Shown here: positions 41,177 through 50,524 of the stretch, in pieces
Position numbering within the stretch: the stretch's first letter is position 1
Layout of the letters: the number at the start of each line of letters is the position of its first letter
From: an uncultured Chloroflexia bacterium
Lineage (GTDB): Bacteria > Chloroflexota > Limnocylindria > Limnocylindrales > CSP1-4
Assembly: GCA_963734535.1 (NCBI GenBank)
Contig: CAVTHS010000008.1
Location: 448,001 to 512,000 of the forward strand
DNA: 64,000 bases
Direction of reading: 5' to 3'
Notes under the pieces: model-generated
Told to the model about the DNA's origin: nothing
The model's database searches: none
What the model saw: only the letters and a program-made list of their open reading frames with translations
Program-made: the position numbers and the translations under genes

Positions 41177-41238
41177 ACGCGGCGACGGCGGCGAACGCCC
41201 GCGGTGAGAACCGCGACGACCGACAACGGAGGTTTCTG

Positions 41239-42804
41239 ATGCCCATCCGTCGGCGCGTGCCCCGGCCAGTCGCGTTCATCGTCGGTCTCATCGCGGTCGT
41301 GCTGGTCCTGCCCAACATCTCGCTGGCCGCGACTCCCGTCCCGAGACCGGCGAGGTCCGCCGTCTTCAGCGTGACCGGGCAGGCGCGGGATCAGCAGACC
41401 CTGCTCCGGTACGCCCGCGCAACCTGGGCGTCATTCGTCGCAATGACAGATCCGAAGAGCGGCCTGCCGGCCGACAGCCTCTCGTCGGACGGCACGACCA
41501 GCGTCCAGACGTCCACGACGAACATCGGCGCCTACCTGTGGAGCACCGTTGTCGCCGACAGGCTCGGGATCATCACCCACGCCGACGCGGTGAAGCGTCT
41601 CAGGCGAACGCTCGCCTCGCTCGAGACGATGGAGCGCTACTGGCCCGGCGGCCAGTACTACAACTGGTACGACCACACGACGGGTGCCAAGCTCACACTC
41701 TGGCCGCCGACCGGCCTGCCGATCAACCCGCCGAATGGCCCGATCCTGTCGTCCGTCGACAACGGCTGGCTCGCCACCGGCCTGCAGGTCGTGGCGAACA
41801 GCGTCCCGGAGGTCGCGGCGCGCGCCGGGGCGCTCTTCGACAGCATGGACTTCGGCTTCTACTACCGGCCGGCCGTCAACCGGATTGCCTTCTTCTATGC
41901 GCCCGGCAACGGTGCATCGGACTGCTGCTACGACACGATCGTGAGCGAGAGCCGGATCTCGAGCTACATCGGGATCGCCACGGGGAAGATCCCCCCGAAG
42001 GAGTACTACGGCTCCTGGCGGACGTTCCCGGACACCTGTGACTGGAGCTGGCAGGAGACGAAGCCGATCGGCGTCACGCGGACGTATCTCGGCGTGAGCG
42101 TCTTCGAGGGGGCCTACCCGTACGACGGGATGCGCATCGTCCCGGGCTGGGGCGGCAGCATGTTCGAGGCGCTCATGCCGGACCTCTTCGTGCCCGAGGA
42201 CCAATGGGGGCCGAAGAGCTGGGCGATCAACCATCCCCTCACCGTGGCCGCCCAGATCCACCACGGGCTCGTGGACGCCGGCTACGGCTACTGGGGCTTC
42301 TCCCCTGCCAACATCCCCGAGGGCGGCTATCACGAGTACGGCGTCGATGCGCTCGGACTGAACCCCAGCGGCTATCCCTCGAACGAGGACGGCACGTTCG
42401 TCGATCCGGGCTTCGCAGGCTGTCCCGGTCGCGACCCGGCGCCGGACCCGAAACCGAAGGCCTACACCAACGGCGTGGTCACCCCTCACGCATCGTTCCT
42501 CGCCCTGCGCTTCGCGCCAGCCGCCGCGATCGCGAACCTGGCCAGGCTCGAGCGCAACTTCGCGATCTACGACAAATGGGGCTTCCACGACTCGGTGAAC
42601 GTGGGGACGGGGAGGGTCTCGGACTCGTACCTGTCGCTCGACCAGGGCATCATCATGGCTGCGATCGGTAACGCGCTTGGTGGCGACATGCTGCGCCGCG
42701 CGTTCGCGACCCGGCAGTTCCAGCGGGCGCTGGAGCCGGTGATCTCCATCGAGCAGTTCAACGCCAGCGCGGGCGACCGCGTCACCCAGCTCGTCCTCCC
42801 GTAG
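41239..42804 (+). CDS. Secreted DUF3131/glycoamylase-domain protein, putative beta-1,2-glucanase clan
   Basis: Signal peptide; TSTTNIG, SSVDNGWL, SESRI, WGGSMFEALMP, YWGFSP, VVTPHAS, LDQG. Confidence 0.8.
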   Translation: MPIRRRVPRPVAFIVGLIAVVLVLPNISLAATPVPRPARSAVFSVTGQARDQQTLLRYARATWASFVAMTDPKSGLPADSLSSDGTTSVQTSTTNIGAYLWSTVVADRLGIITHADAVKRLRRTLASLETMERYWPGGQYYNWYDHTTGAKLTLWPPTGLPINPPNGPILSSVDNGWLATGLQVVANSVPEVAARAGALFDSMDFGFYYRPAVNRIAFFYAPGNGASDCCYDTIVSESRISSYIGIATGKIPPKEYYGSWRTFPDTCDWSWQETKPIGVTRTYLGVSVFEGAYPYDGMRIVPGWGGSMFEALMPDLFVPEDQWGPKSWAINHPLTVAAQIHHGLVDAGYGYWGFSPANIPEGGYHEYGVDALGLNPSGYPSNEDGTFVDPGFAGCPGRDPAPDPKPKAYTNGVVTPHASFLALRFAPAAAIANLARLERNFAIYDKWGFHDSVNVGTGRVSDSYLSLDQGIIMAAIGNALGGDMLRRAFATRQFQRALEPVISIEQFNASAGDRVTQLVLP

Positions 42805-42816
42805 CGCCTCGCTCAG

Positions 42817-44787
42817 ATGCCGAGGCACCGTCTCCCTCGCCGGCCGGAGGGCAACACCGCCCCGGGCCCGGATTCCGCGACTGGCGCGCTTCCCGAGGGC
42901 CTGGGGCCATCGGCCAGCTCGGCCCGCATCGCCTGGTTCGCCACGCTCGGGGCACGAACCGAGCGCGACCGGCCGGCGCCGCCCATCTCGCTTCCGCCGC
43001 CTGGGCACGTTCGGGCCGTGCGCGGGCGCGGCCAGGTGACGATCGACTGGTCGCCGGTGGCGGGCGCGGCCGGCTACCTGGTCCACTTCGGCTCGTCGGC
43101 CGACGGCCCGTTCGAGCCGATCGACCAGGGCGGCGGCGACGTCCTCGCCGTCCCCCACGGACCGTACCTCGACACGACGCGCCGGCCGCACGGGAAGGCA
43201 AAGGCGCGGGGACGGGCGTGGTATGCCGTCTCGAGCCTGCCGACGATCGAGGCGGAGGGAGGCGCGCTCTCGACGCCCGTCCGACCCCGAAAGGGCCCGG
43301 CCGACGCGGCCGTCACGATCCGCGTGAACGCGAGCCAGGCCATCGGGCCCGTCGCGAAACCCTGGCGCCCGATCATCGGCTCGGAGCACCTCGCCATGCT
43401 GCTCCGGGGGCCGGGACCTGGCGGCCACGACGTCGGCGCAGAGCTGGCCGAGGCGTTCCGGATCGCTCGTCGCGAGCTCGGCACGGAGGCCGTGCGGGCG
43501 CACGCCATCCTCGACGACTCGCTCGCGGTCTACCGAGACGCGGGCGACCGGGCCGACCACGACTTCTCGACGGTTGACCAGGTCCTGGACCGGCTGCTCG
43601 AGACCGGCGTCCGGCCGATCGTCGAGCTCTCGTTCATGCCGCGCGACCTCGCGGCCGAGCCCGGGAAGACCGTGTTCGACTACGGCGCGATCATCTCGCA
43701 GCCGCACGACCTCGGTCGGTGGGCCGCCCTCGTGCGCGACCTCGCCGCCCACCTGGCCGATCGATACGGCCACGAGGAGGTGCGCCGCTGGGCATTCGAA
43801 GTCTGGAACGAGCCGAACCTCTGCGTCTTCTGGGCCGGCGCCGAGTCCGACTACCTCCAGCTCTACGACGCGAGCGTCCGGGCCGTGAAGTCCGTTGACC
43901 AGGGATTCCGCGTCGGCGGCCCGGCGACCGCGGCCGCGGGCTGGATCGACGATCTGCTCGAGCATTGTCGGGCGAACGACGTCCCCATCGACTTCATCTC
44001 CACCCACACGTACGGCCTTCCGCCGCTGGATCTCCGGCCGGTCACCGCCCGCTTCGGAACGCCCGACATGCCGCTGTGGTGGACGGAGTGGGGCGTCAGC
44101 CCGCGAGATGGCGCTGCGATCAACGACAGCGCCTGGGCCGCGCCGCTCGTCGCGCGGGGCATGCGTTCGGCCGCCGGCCGGCTCGAGGCGCTCGCCTACT
44201 GGGTCGCGTCGGACCACTTCGTCGAGGGCGGCGACGCACCGAGGCTCTTCCACGGCGGGTTCGGCCTGCTCACGATCGGCAACCTCCGCAAGCCCCGATT
44301 CTGGGCGATCGCGATGCTCGACCGGCTCGGCCAGGACGAGCTTGCGTGCGACCTCGAGGGGGACGGCGCGGGCTCGCTGGTGGAAGCGTGGGCCTCCCGC
44401 GACCCCGACGGCAGGATCGCGATCGCCCTCTGGAACGGGACGCTCGACCAGTCCCGGGGCGCGGTGGTGCGGACGCTCCGTCGGTCGGTCACCCTCCGGG
44501 TCGACGGGCTGCGACCGGGCCGGTACGAGCTCCGGCACCGCCGGGTTGACGCCCGGCACTCGAACATCGCCCGGACCTGGAAGCGACTCGGGCGGCCCGA
44601 CTGGCCCGACGACGCGGGCTGGGCGCGTCTCCGCGCGGCCGACCATCTCGAGACCATCGGGAAGAAGCACACCGTTCGCGCCAAGCGGGGACGCCTGACC
44701 CTGGAGCTCGAGCTGCCGATGCCGGCGATCTCGCTCGTCGAGCTCGTCCCGATCAAGCGCTGGAGCGACCGTGTCGCTGGTCGCTGA
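42817..44787 (+). CDS. GH39 glycosidase with N-terminal Fn3-like segment
   Basis: PIVELSFMP, FEVWNEPN, VGGPA, FISTHTY, WTEW, FHGGFGL. Confidence 0.85.
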   Translation: MPRHRLPRRPEGNTAPGPDSATGALPEGLGPSASSARIAWFATLGARTERDRPAPPISLPPPGHVRAVRGRGQVTIDWSPVAGAAGYLVHFGSSADGPFEPIDQGGGDVLAVPHGPYLDTTRRPHGKAKARGRAWYAVSSLPTIEAEGGALSTPVRPRKGPADAAVTIRVNASQAIGPVAKPWRPIIGSEHLAMLLRGPGPGGHDVGAELAEAFRIARRELGTEAVRAHAILDDSLAVYRDAGDRADHDFSTVDQVLDRLLETGVRPIVELSFMPRDLAAEPGKTVFDYGAIISQPHDLGRWAALVRDLAAHLADRYGHEEVRRWAFEVWNEPNLCVFWAGAESDYLQLYDASVRAVKSVDQGFRVGGPATAAAGWIDDLLEHCRANDVPIDFISTHTYGLPPLDLRPVTARFGTPDMPLWWTEWGVSPRDGAAINDSAWAAPLVARGMRSAAGRLEALAYWVASDHFVEGGDAPRLFHGGFGLLTIGNLRKPRFWAIAMLDRLGQDELACDLEGDGAGSLVEAWASRDPDGRIAIALWNGTLDQSRGAVVRTLRRSVTLRVDGLRPGRYELRHRRVDARHSNIARTWKRLGRPDWPDDAGWARLRAADHLETIGKKHTVRAKRGRLTLELELPMPAISLVELVPIKRWSDRVAGR

Positions 44788-47700
44788 GCCGCGAGCACCG
44801 GTTGCCGAGGCGCGACCGAGGGTCGCCGACCGACGGCGCACGGGGGACCCGCGCCCGCCCATGGCCGCCGAGCTGCGAAATCGGTCGGGCCTCTCCATCG
44901 AGCTCCTCGAGAACGGCGCGGTCTTCGCGATCCGCCACCGCGAGATCCTGGTCAGCCAGGTGCTCGGGAGCCCCGTCGAGGGCGGCCTCGGCAACATCTA
45001 CCTCCGTCGCCGGACACCCGACGGCATCACCGCCTTCCCGTTGCTGGGGCCCGCAGCGCCGGGCAGCTTCCGGGCGTCCCGCCACGGCGCGGTCTGGGCG
45101 GGATCGGTGGACGGGCTCGACTACTCGTGCACGCTGCGTCTCGCAGCGCACCAGCCGACATGGTTCTGGACCCTGCGGCTCGCCAACGCCACCACCCGGC
45201 GCCTGCGCCTCGACGCCGTGCTCGCCCAGGACCTGGGGATCGCGAACAAGGCCGCGGTTCGGAGCAGCGAGCTGTACACCAGCCAGTACATCGATCACAC
45301 GATCCTCGAGGACGAGGGCCTCGGGTTCCTGGTCTGCTCGCGACAGAACCTTCCCCAGGGCGACGCGTATCCGTGGATCATGCACGGCTGCCTCGATGGC
45401 GCGGTCGGGTACCTGACCGACGGGTTCCAGCTCTACGGCCTCGGCTACCGGGCAACGAACGTTCCGGCTGCCCTCGTCCGCCCGAAGCTGCCGAACCGGA
45501 ACTACCAGCACGAGTTCGCGCTGCCGACGCTCCAGTCGGCGAGGCTGTCGCTCGCGCCCGGGGGGATCGGCGAGATCACGTTCTTCGCTGCCTTCGAACC
45601 GGACCACCCGGACGCCACGAGCGCCGCAGACGCGGGACGCGTCATCGCGGCCCGGGCCGCGTTTGCGAGCCGTCGCTCCGGCACGATCCCCCGGACACCG
45701 CGTCCCCGCCCGGCCGGCCTCTTCGATTCTCCGGTCATGTTCGAGAGCGAGGATCTCGGGGAGGCCGATCTCGAACGCTACTTCGGGCCGGAGTGGCGTC
45801 ACGTGGAGAAGCGCGACGGGACGCTCCTCTCGTTCTTCCACGGACGCCAGCAGCACGTCGTGCTCAGGGCGAAGGAGCTCCTCGTGGAGCGACCGACCGG
45901 GCACATCATGCAGTCCGGGCGGAACCTGTTCCCGAGCGATGACATCCTGTCCGCCACGGCCTGGATGTGCGGCGTCTTCGGCTCCCAGGTCACGATCGGC
46001 AACACGTCGTTCAACAAGCTCCTGGGCGCGTGTCGCAATCCGCTCAACGTGCTCAAGACCAGCGGCCAGCGCATCTTCGTGAAGGCCGAGCGGGGCTGGG
46101 AGCTGCTGGGCCTCCCGTCGGCATTCGAGATGGGACCGACGAGCGCACGCTGGATCTACCGGGGCGGGCGGACGACCATCTCCATCCGCGTCGCCGTCGC
46201 GCTCGACGCGCCTGCCTGCCGCCTGGCCGTGGAGGTCGAGCGCGGCGGCCCGCTCGAGCTTCTCATCAGCCACGACGTGGTCCTCGGCTCGAACGAGCAC
46301 GACGCGAAGGGACAGGTGATCACGGACGCGGCCGCCGGATTCGTCGAGCTGCGACCCGCGCCCGACGGGCAGCTCAGCCGGCACTATCCCGCGGCGACCT
46401 TCTTCATCGTCTCTCCGGACGCGGAGCAGATCGAGGTGATGGGCGGGGACGAGCTCCTCCGAGATGGCGAGGTTGATCGCGGCGGATCACACGTCGTCGT
46501 GAAGACCAGGCCCGTCTCGCGCTTCTCGCTCGTCCTCACCGGCAGCATCCTGGGCCGGGAGCGGGCCGCCGAGCTGGCGACGGAGTACGGCCACGAACCG
46601 GACCCAGGACCGGACCTGGACGGCGACGCGAACGACTCCTCGTCGGTCGTGGGGCGGCGGGCGGTGCTCGGAGGCGCAACCGGGCGGTGCGCCGACGACC
46701 TGGCGCGCCTCGACGACGTGCTGCGCTGGTACGTCCACGACGCGATGATCCACTACACCACTCCGCACGGGCTCGAGCAGTCGAACGGGGCGGCGATGGG
46801 CCTGCGCGACGTCTGCCAGGGCCCCGTGGAGCTCCTGGTCGCGACGCGAAACCTGCGACCGCTGCGCGACCTGATCCGGCTCATCTACGAGCACCAGGAC
46901 AGGCGGACCGGCGACTGGCCGCAGTGGTTCATGTTCGACCGGTACCGCGAGGTGCGGGCCGACGGCAGCCACGCCGACATCATCCACTGGCCGATCAAGG
47001 CGCTGTGCGATTACGTGGAGGCGTCGGGCGACCTCTCGATCCTCGACGAGCAGGTCGCCTGGACGGATGCCCGGACGAAGACGGTATCAGCCGAGACCGA
47101 GACGATCCTCGCCCACACGGAGCGGCAGATCGCCCGGATCGAGGACGACTGCATCCCGGGCACGGCGCTCCCGGTCTTCGCCGGGGGCGACTGGGAGGAC
47201 ACGCTCCAGCCGGCCGACCCGGCGATGGCCCTGCGGCTGGTCAGTGCCTGGACCGTCGAGCTCGCCTACCAGACGCTCGGCCGGTATCGAGCGGTCTGCG
47301 CCCGGGCGGGACGGGGTGCAGTCGTGGAACGTCTTGCCGGCATCTGCGGGCGGATGCGGTCGGACTTCAACCGCCACCTCGTCCCCGGCGGCGTGGTCGC
47401 CGGGCTGGCCTGGTTCGGCCCGGACGGCGTCGAGTACTTCCTCCACCCGCGCGATCGCAGGACCGGCGTTTCGTATCGGCTGCTGCCGATGACGCGGGGA
47501 ATCATCAGCGGGATGTTCAGCCCAGAGCAGGCCCGCCGGCATGTCGCGCTGATCGAGCGCCATCTCTCGTTCCCGGACGGCGTGCGGCTGATGAACCGGC
47601 CGATGGACTATCACGGCGGCACGTCGCGCATCTTCAAGCGCGCCGAGAGCGCGGCGTGCTTCGGGCGGGAGGTCGGGCTCCAGTATGTCCACGCCCACAT

Positions 47701-48262
47701 TCGCTACGTCGAGGCGATGGCGCGGATCGGCCGGCCCGACGAGGCGTTCCGGGGCCTCCTGGCCGTCTGCCCGATCCTGCCCGACCTCGACGTGCCAGCG
47801 GCCCTCCCCCGCCAGGGCAACGCCTACTTCAGCAGCTCCGATGCCGCGTTCATGGACCGCCGCCAGGCGAGCCGCCAGTTCGGCCGCATCCGGACCGGGC
47901 GGGTGGGAGTCCGGGGTGGGTGGCGCGTCTACTCCAGTGGACCCGGCATCTGGATCAACCAGGTGATCTCGAATGTGCTGGGCGTGCGAACCTCGTTCGA
48001 CGACGTGGTGCTCGACCCGGTGCTTCCCCGGCGAGCCGACGGGTTGACCTTCGACTTCGAGTACGAAGGCCGCCCGGTCCGCTACCTCTACCACGTCGCC
48101 GGAGATGGGTTCTCGCCCCGGGAGGTCCGCGTCAACGGCCGGCCAGTGCAAGGCGGCCGGTACGCGGAGAATCCCTATCGACCGGGCGGCATGCTCATCG
48201 CGAAATCCTCCTTCGGGGCGGGGCTCGATCGCCACGAGAACCTGGTCGAGATCTTCGTCTGA
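44771..48262 (+). CDS. GH94 phosphorylase, 1,2-beta-oligoglucan phosphorylase-like
   Basis: YTSQYIDH, HGLEQ, RDVCQGP, DWPQWFMFD, GDWEDTLQP, REVGLQYVHAHIR, GWRVYSSGPG. Confidence 0.85.
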   Translation: MSLVAEPRAPVAEARPRVADRRRTGDPRPPMAAELRNRSGLSIELLENGAVFAIRHREILVSQVLGSPVEGGLGNIYLRRRTPDGITAFPLLGPAAPGSFRASRHGAVWAGSVDGLDYSCTLRLAAHQPTWFWTLRLANATTRRLRLDAVLAQDLGIANKAAVRSSELYTSQYIDHTILEDEGLGFLVCSRQNLPQGDAYPWIMHGCLDGAVGYLTDGFQLYGLGYRATNVPAALVRPKLPNRNYQHEFALPTLQSARLSLAPGGIGEITFFAAFEPDHPDATSAADAGRVIAARAAFASRRSGTIPRTPRPRPAGLFDSPVMFESEDLGEADLERYFGPEWRHVEKRDGTLLSFFHGRQQHVVLRAKELLVERPTGHIMQSGRNLFPSDDILSATAWMCGVFGSQVTIGNTSFNKLLGACRNPLNVLKTSGQRIFVKAERGWELLGLPSAFEMGPTSARWIYRGGRTTISIRVAVALDAPACRLAVEVERGGPLELLISHDVVLGSNEHDAKGQVITDAAAGFVELRPAPDGQLSRHYPAATFFIVSPDAEQIEVMGGDELLRDGEVDRGGSHVVVKTRPVSRFSLVLTGSILGRERAAELATEYGHEPDPGPDLDGDANDSSSVVGRRAVLGGATGRCADDLARLDDVLRWYVHDAMIHYTTPHGLEQSNGAAMGLRDVCQGPVELLVATRNLRPLRDLIRLIYEHQDRRTGDWPQWFMFDRYREVRADGSHADIIHWPIKALCDYVEASGDLSILDEQVAWTDARTKTVSAETETILAHTERQIARIEDDCIPGTALPVFAGGDWEDTLQPADPAMALRLVSAWTVELAYQTLGRYRAVCARAGRGAVVERLAGICGRMRSDFNRHLVPGGVVAGLAWFGPDGVEYFLHPRDRRTGVSYRLLPMTRGIISGMFSPEQARRHVALIERHLSFPDGVRLMNRPMDYHGGTSRIFKRAESAACFGREVGLQYVHAHIRYVEAMARIGRPDEAFRGLLAVCPILPDLDVPAALPRQGNAYFSSSDAAFMDRRQASRQFGRIRTGRVGVRGGWRVYSSGPGIWINQVISNVLGVRTSFDDVVLDPVLPRRADGLTFDFEYEGRPVRYLYHVAGDGFSPREVRVNGRPVQGGRYAENPYRPGGMLIAKSSFGAGLDRHENLVEIFV

Positions 48263-48454
48263 ACGCGGGGGCTGCAGCGCGGCCGCGCGGCCGTCCTCGG
48301 TCCACGACGAATCCCCCAGTTGGGGCATGCCGCATCCCCCGGGCAGGGTCTTCACGCCACGCGCGATCCCTGCGGAAATAGGCGCAGCCGCCGACGATCC
48401 GGGCGCCCGGGCGACCGGGGCCGTCAGGCACCTGGCAACGGGGAGGCACCCCCC

Positions 48455-48661
48455 ATGGTCACGCCATTCGAGCCGATCCCGAACCCCGCCCTGCGCCGTC
48501 GCGCAGCGTCCGCATTCGGCATTCCCGTCGTCTGCACGGATTGCCGCCGACCCTTCGACCCGGCCGATCCGCACCGCCGCCTGCAGACCCTCCAGGACCA
48601 GCTCGCGCTGTGCAGTCAGTGCACCTGGCACCTGGAGCACCCGGACGAGGCGCGCGGCTGA
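48455..48661 (+). CDS. Small CxxC...CxxC zinc-finger-like protein
   Basis: GGGGAGG SD; CTDC...CSQC. Confidence 0.65.
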   Translation: MVTPFEPIPNPALRRRAASAFGIPVVCTDCRRPFDPADPHRRLQTLQDQLALCSQCTWHLEHPDEARG

Positions 48662-48782
48662 CGTCCTCCGCGGTCTTCCCGGTTGAGCCTCTGGCGCGGG
48701 TTGCCCGCGGATCTCCGACGCACGCACCCGCCCTGTCGTCGACGACGATCGCCGACGACCGGGGACGAGGTCGCCCGGGTCC

Positions 48783-49073
48783 TCAGTAGGTCCTGCTCTC
48801 GACGACGTCGACGATGCGCGCCCGCGGCGTGCCGCCCAGGACCAGTGCTGCCTGGGGCGACCGCCAGAGGTCCTCGAGCCCGACCTTGAACGCTTCGGCC
48901 TCACCGCGGCTGTCGAACTCCAGGTCCACCCCGATGAACCTCGCGTCGTCGACCGGCCGGTAGACCTGGTACCGCTGGACCCCGCCGGCGTCCCGGCGCG
49001 CCGCTTCGCGGTCGAAGGCAGCCTTCCAGGCCTCGAAATCGCGGACGGGATGTTCGATCTGCAGGACGGGCAT
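48783..49073 (-). CDS. Small dimeric alpha/beta-barrel-like hypothetical protein
   Basis: HPVRDFEAWKAAFD...GVQRYQVYRPVDD...LEFD. Confidence 0.75.
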   Translation of the reverse strand: MPVLQIEHPVRDFEAWKAAFDREAARRDAGGVQRYQVYRPVDDARFIGVDLEFDSRGEAEAFKVGLEDLWRSPQAALVLGGTPRARIVDVVESRTY

Positions 49074-49101
49074 GGCGGTTCCCCCGGTTGGTGGACTGGT
49101 G

Positions 49102-49140
49102 AATACAGTGAGACTGTATCAATACTGTGATACTGTACTT
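49102..49140. promoter_or_regulatory. TetR operator (tandem palindromes)
   Basis: ATACAGT-GAG-ACTGTAT (49103-49119) and a degenerate second copy (49122-49138) between divergent genes. Confidence 0.75.
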
Positions 49141-49142
49141 AC

Positions 49143-49880
49143 ATGACAGATCCTGTCAAGCCACCGCGCCCCGTCGACTTTCCGCGGCGTCGCGAACGGG
49201 CGCGGGCGACCCGCCTTCGCGTGCTCGAGGCCGCCCGTGCGCTCTTCGTGGAGCGCGGCTACGTCGCGACGACGATCGATGCGATCGCCGAGCGCGCGGA
49301 CGTGTCTCCCGAGACGGTCTACTCGAGGTTCGGCAACAAGCGAACGATCCTCTCGGACCTCGTGGACGTCTCGATCGCCGGCGACGATGTCGCGGCGCCG
49401 GTCCTCGAGCGGGAATGGGTGCGGGAGATGCGCGACCAGCCCGATCCCCACCACCGCCTCCGGATGCTCGCCGGGGGCGGGAGTTCGATCCTCGAGCGCC
49501 GCGCGGCCGTGGACGAGGTCGTCAGCGGCGCCGCAGCGGCCGATCCGGACATCGCCGCGCTCCGCCGGGCCGGCAAGACCCAGCGCCACGCGGGCCAGCG
49601 GGAGCTGCTGCGGATGGTGGTCGGTGCCGGCGGCCTGCGGGAGGGCCTGGACCTGGAGACCGCGGCCGACATCCTGTATGCCATTGGGAGCCCCGAGACG
49701 TATCAGCTCCTGGTCACGGACCGCGGCTGGAGCCCCGCCCGGTTCGAGGCCTGGTACGGCGAGACGCTGGACCGCCTGCTGCTATCGCCGGAAGATCACC
49801 CCGATCAGGCCCCTCAGGAATCCGAGCGCGGCAGCCAGCGCCACCAGGACGACAAGGCCCACGACCAGCAGCGGCCATAG
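49143..49880 (+). CDS. TetR/AcrR family regulator
   Basis: VLEAARALFVERGYVATTIDAIAERADVSPETVYSRFGNK. Confidence 0.92.
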   Translation: MTDPVKPPRPVDFPRRRERARATRLRVLEAARALFVERGYVATTIDAIAERADVSPETVYSRFGNKRTILSDLVDVSIAGDDVAAPVLEREWVREMRDQPDPHHRLRMLAGGGSSILERRAAVDEVVSGAAAADPDIAALRRAGKTQRHAGQRELLRMVVGAGGLREGLDLETAADILYAIGSPETYQLLVTDRGWSPARFEAWYGETLDRLLLSPEDHPDQAPQESERGSQRHQDDKAHDQQRP

Positions 49881-49943
49881 CGGGAGCGGAACCAGGACGA
49901 ACAGCAGGACGACGAGGAGCCCGACGATCAGGCAACCGCACAT
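49782..49943 (-). CDS. 53-aa hydrophobic membrane protein (not in ORF track)
   Basis: MCGCLIVGLLVVLLFVLVPLPLWPLLVVGLVVLVALAAALGFLRGLIGVIFRR*, with GGAG SD. Confidence 0.6.
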   Translation of the reverse strand: MCGCLIVGLLVVLLFVLVPLPLWPLLVVGLVVLVALAAALGFLRGLIGVIFRR

Positions 49944-50107
49944 GGCTACGTGCTCCGGTCCAGTGCCGGTCGTCGGATCATCGCATCACGCTCGCCGGTC
50001 ATCATGCCGCGCCACTTGGCGGCGAACTCGGTCGGGGTCATGCGTCGAAATGTACGGCAGTGCAGGTCCGGCACCGAGTGGCGGGCCGCGTCGCCGGCAC
50101 CGGGGAG

Positions 50108-50392
50108 TCAGGGGCGGACGGTGAGGCAGCGACAGCCGAGCGTTGCCAGGTCTCCCGCCGCGAGGGCGGCCCGATATGCCTGGATCGTGGTCGCGGCGCA
50201 GTAGTGCTCCCGGATCTCGATGAGCAGGTTCCTTACCGTCGCCGCGGCGATGCCGGTGGTCGCGGCGGTGAGCTCGTAGGTGCCTGCTTCCGAGTAGGCA
50301 TCGAGGACGGCAAGCTGTCGCATCGTCGGCTCGTTCGGTCGGATGGTCGCCGCGGCCGGGGCGCACGCGATGAGACGGGGTTGCTTTCGCAT
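50108..50392 (-). CDS. Small LuxR-like HTH protein
   Basis: PTMRQLAVL...TYELTAATTGIAAATVRNLLIEIRE...TTIQA...AGDL. Confidence 0.55.
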   Translation of the reverse strand: MRKQPRLIACAPAAATIRPNEPTMRQLAVLDAYSEAGTYELTAATTGIAAATVRNLLIEIREHYCAATTIQAYRAALAAGDLATLGCRCLTVRP

Positions 50393-50425
50393 TGCCGCGC
50401 CACGGTAGACCTGTCCGGATGGCAT

Positions 50426-50448
50426 GTCATGACGGCCCTTCATCACGG
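50426..50448 (-). promoter_or_regulatory. Candidate operator, copy C
   Basis: GTCATGACGGCCCTTCATCACGG. Confidence 0.5.
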
Positions 50449-50524
50449 CGCTGATGGGGCCCGGTCATCGGCCGGACCCGCCATAATGGCAAGACCCTCG
50501 CTCGCAACGTGGAGGTGAGTCGCG

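Noticed and set aside
40378-41238. N-terminal extension of the 808-aa ORF
   Set aside because: Off-frame overlap with the permease; the real start is the ATG at 41239 after GGAGG.
41431-44997. 1188-aa minus-strand ORF and similar long antisense ORFs
   Set aside because: Shadow ORFs expected from high-GC codon bias opposite well-supported genes.
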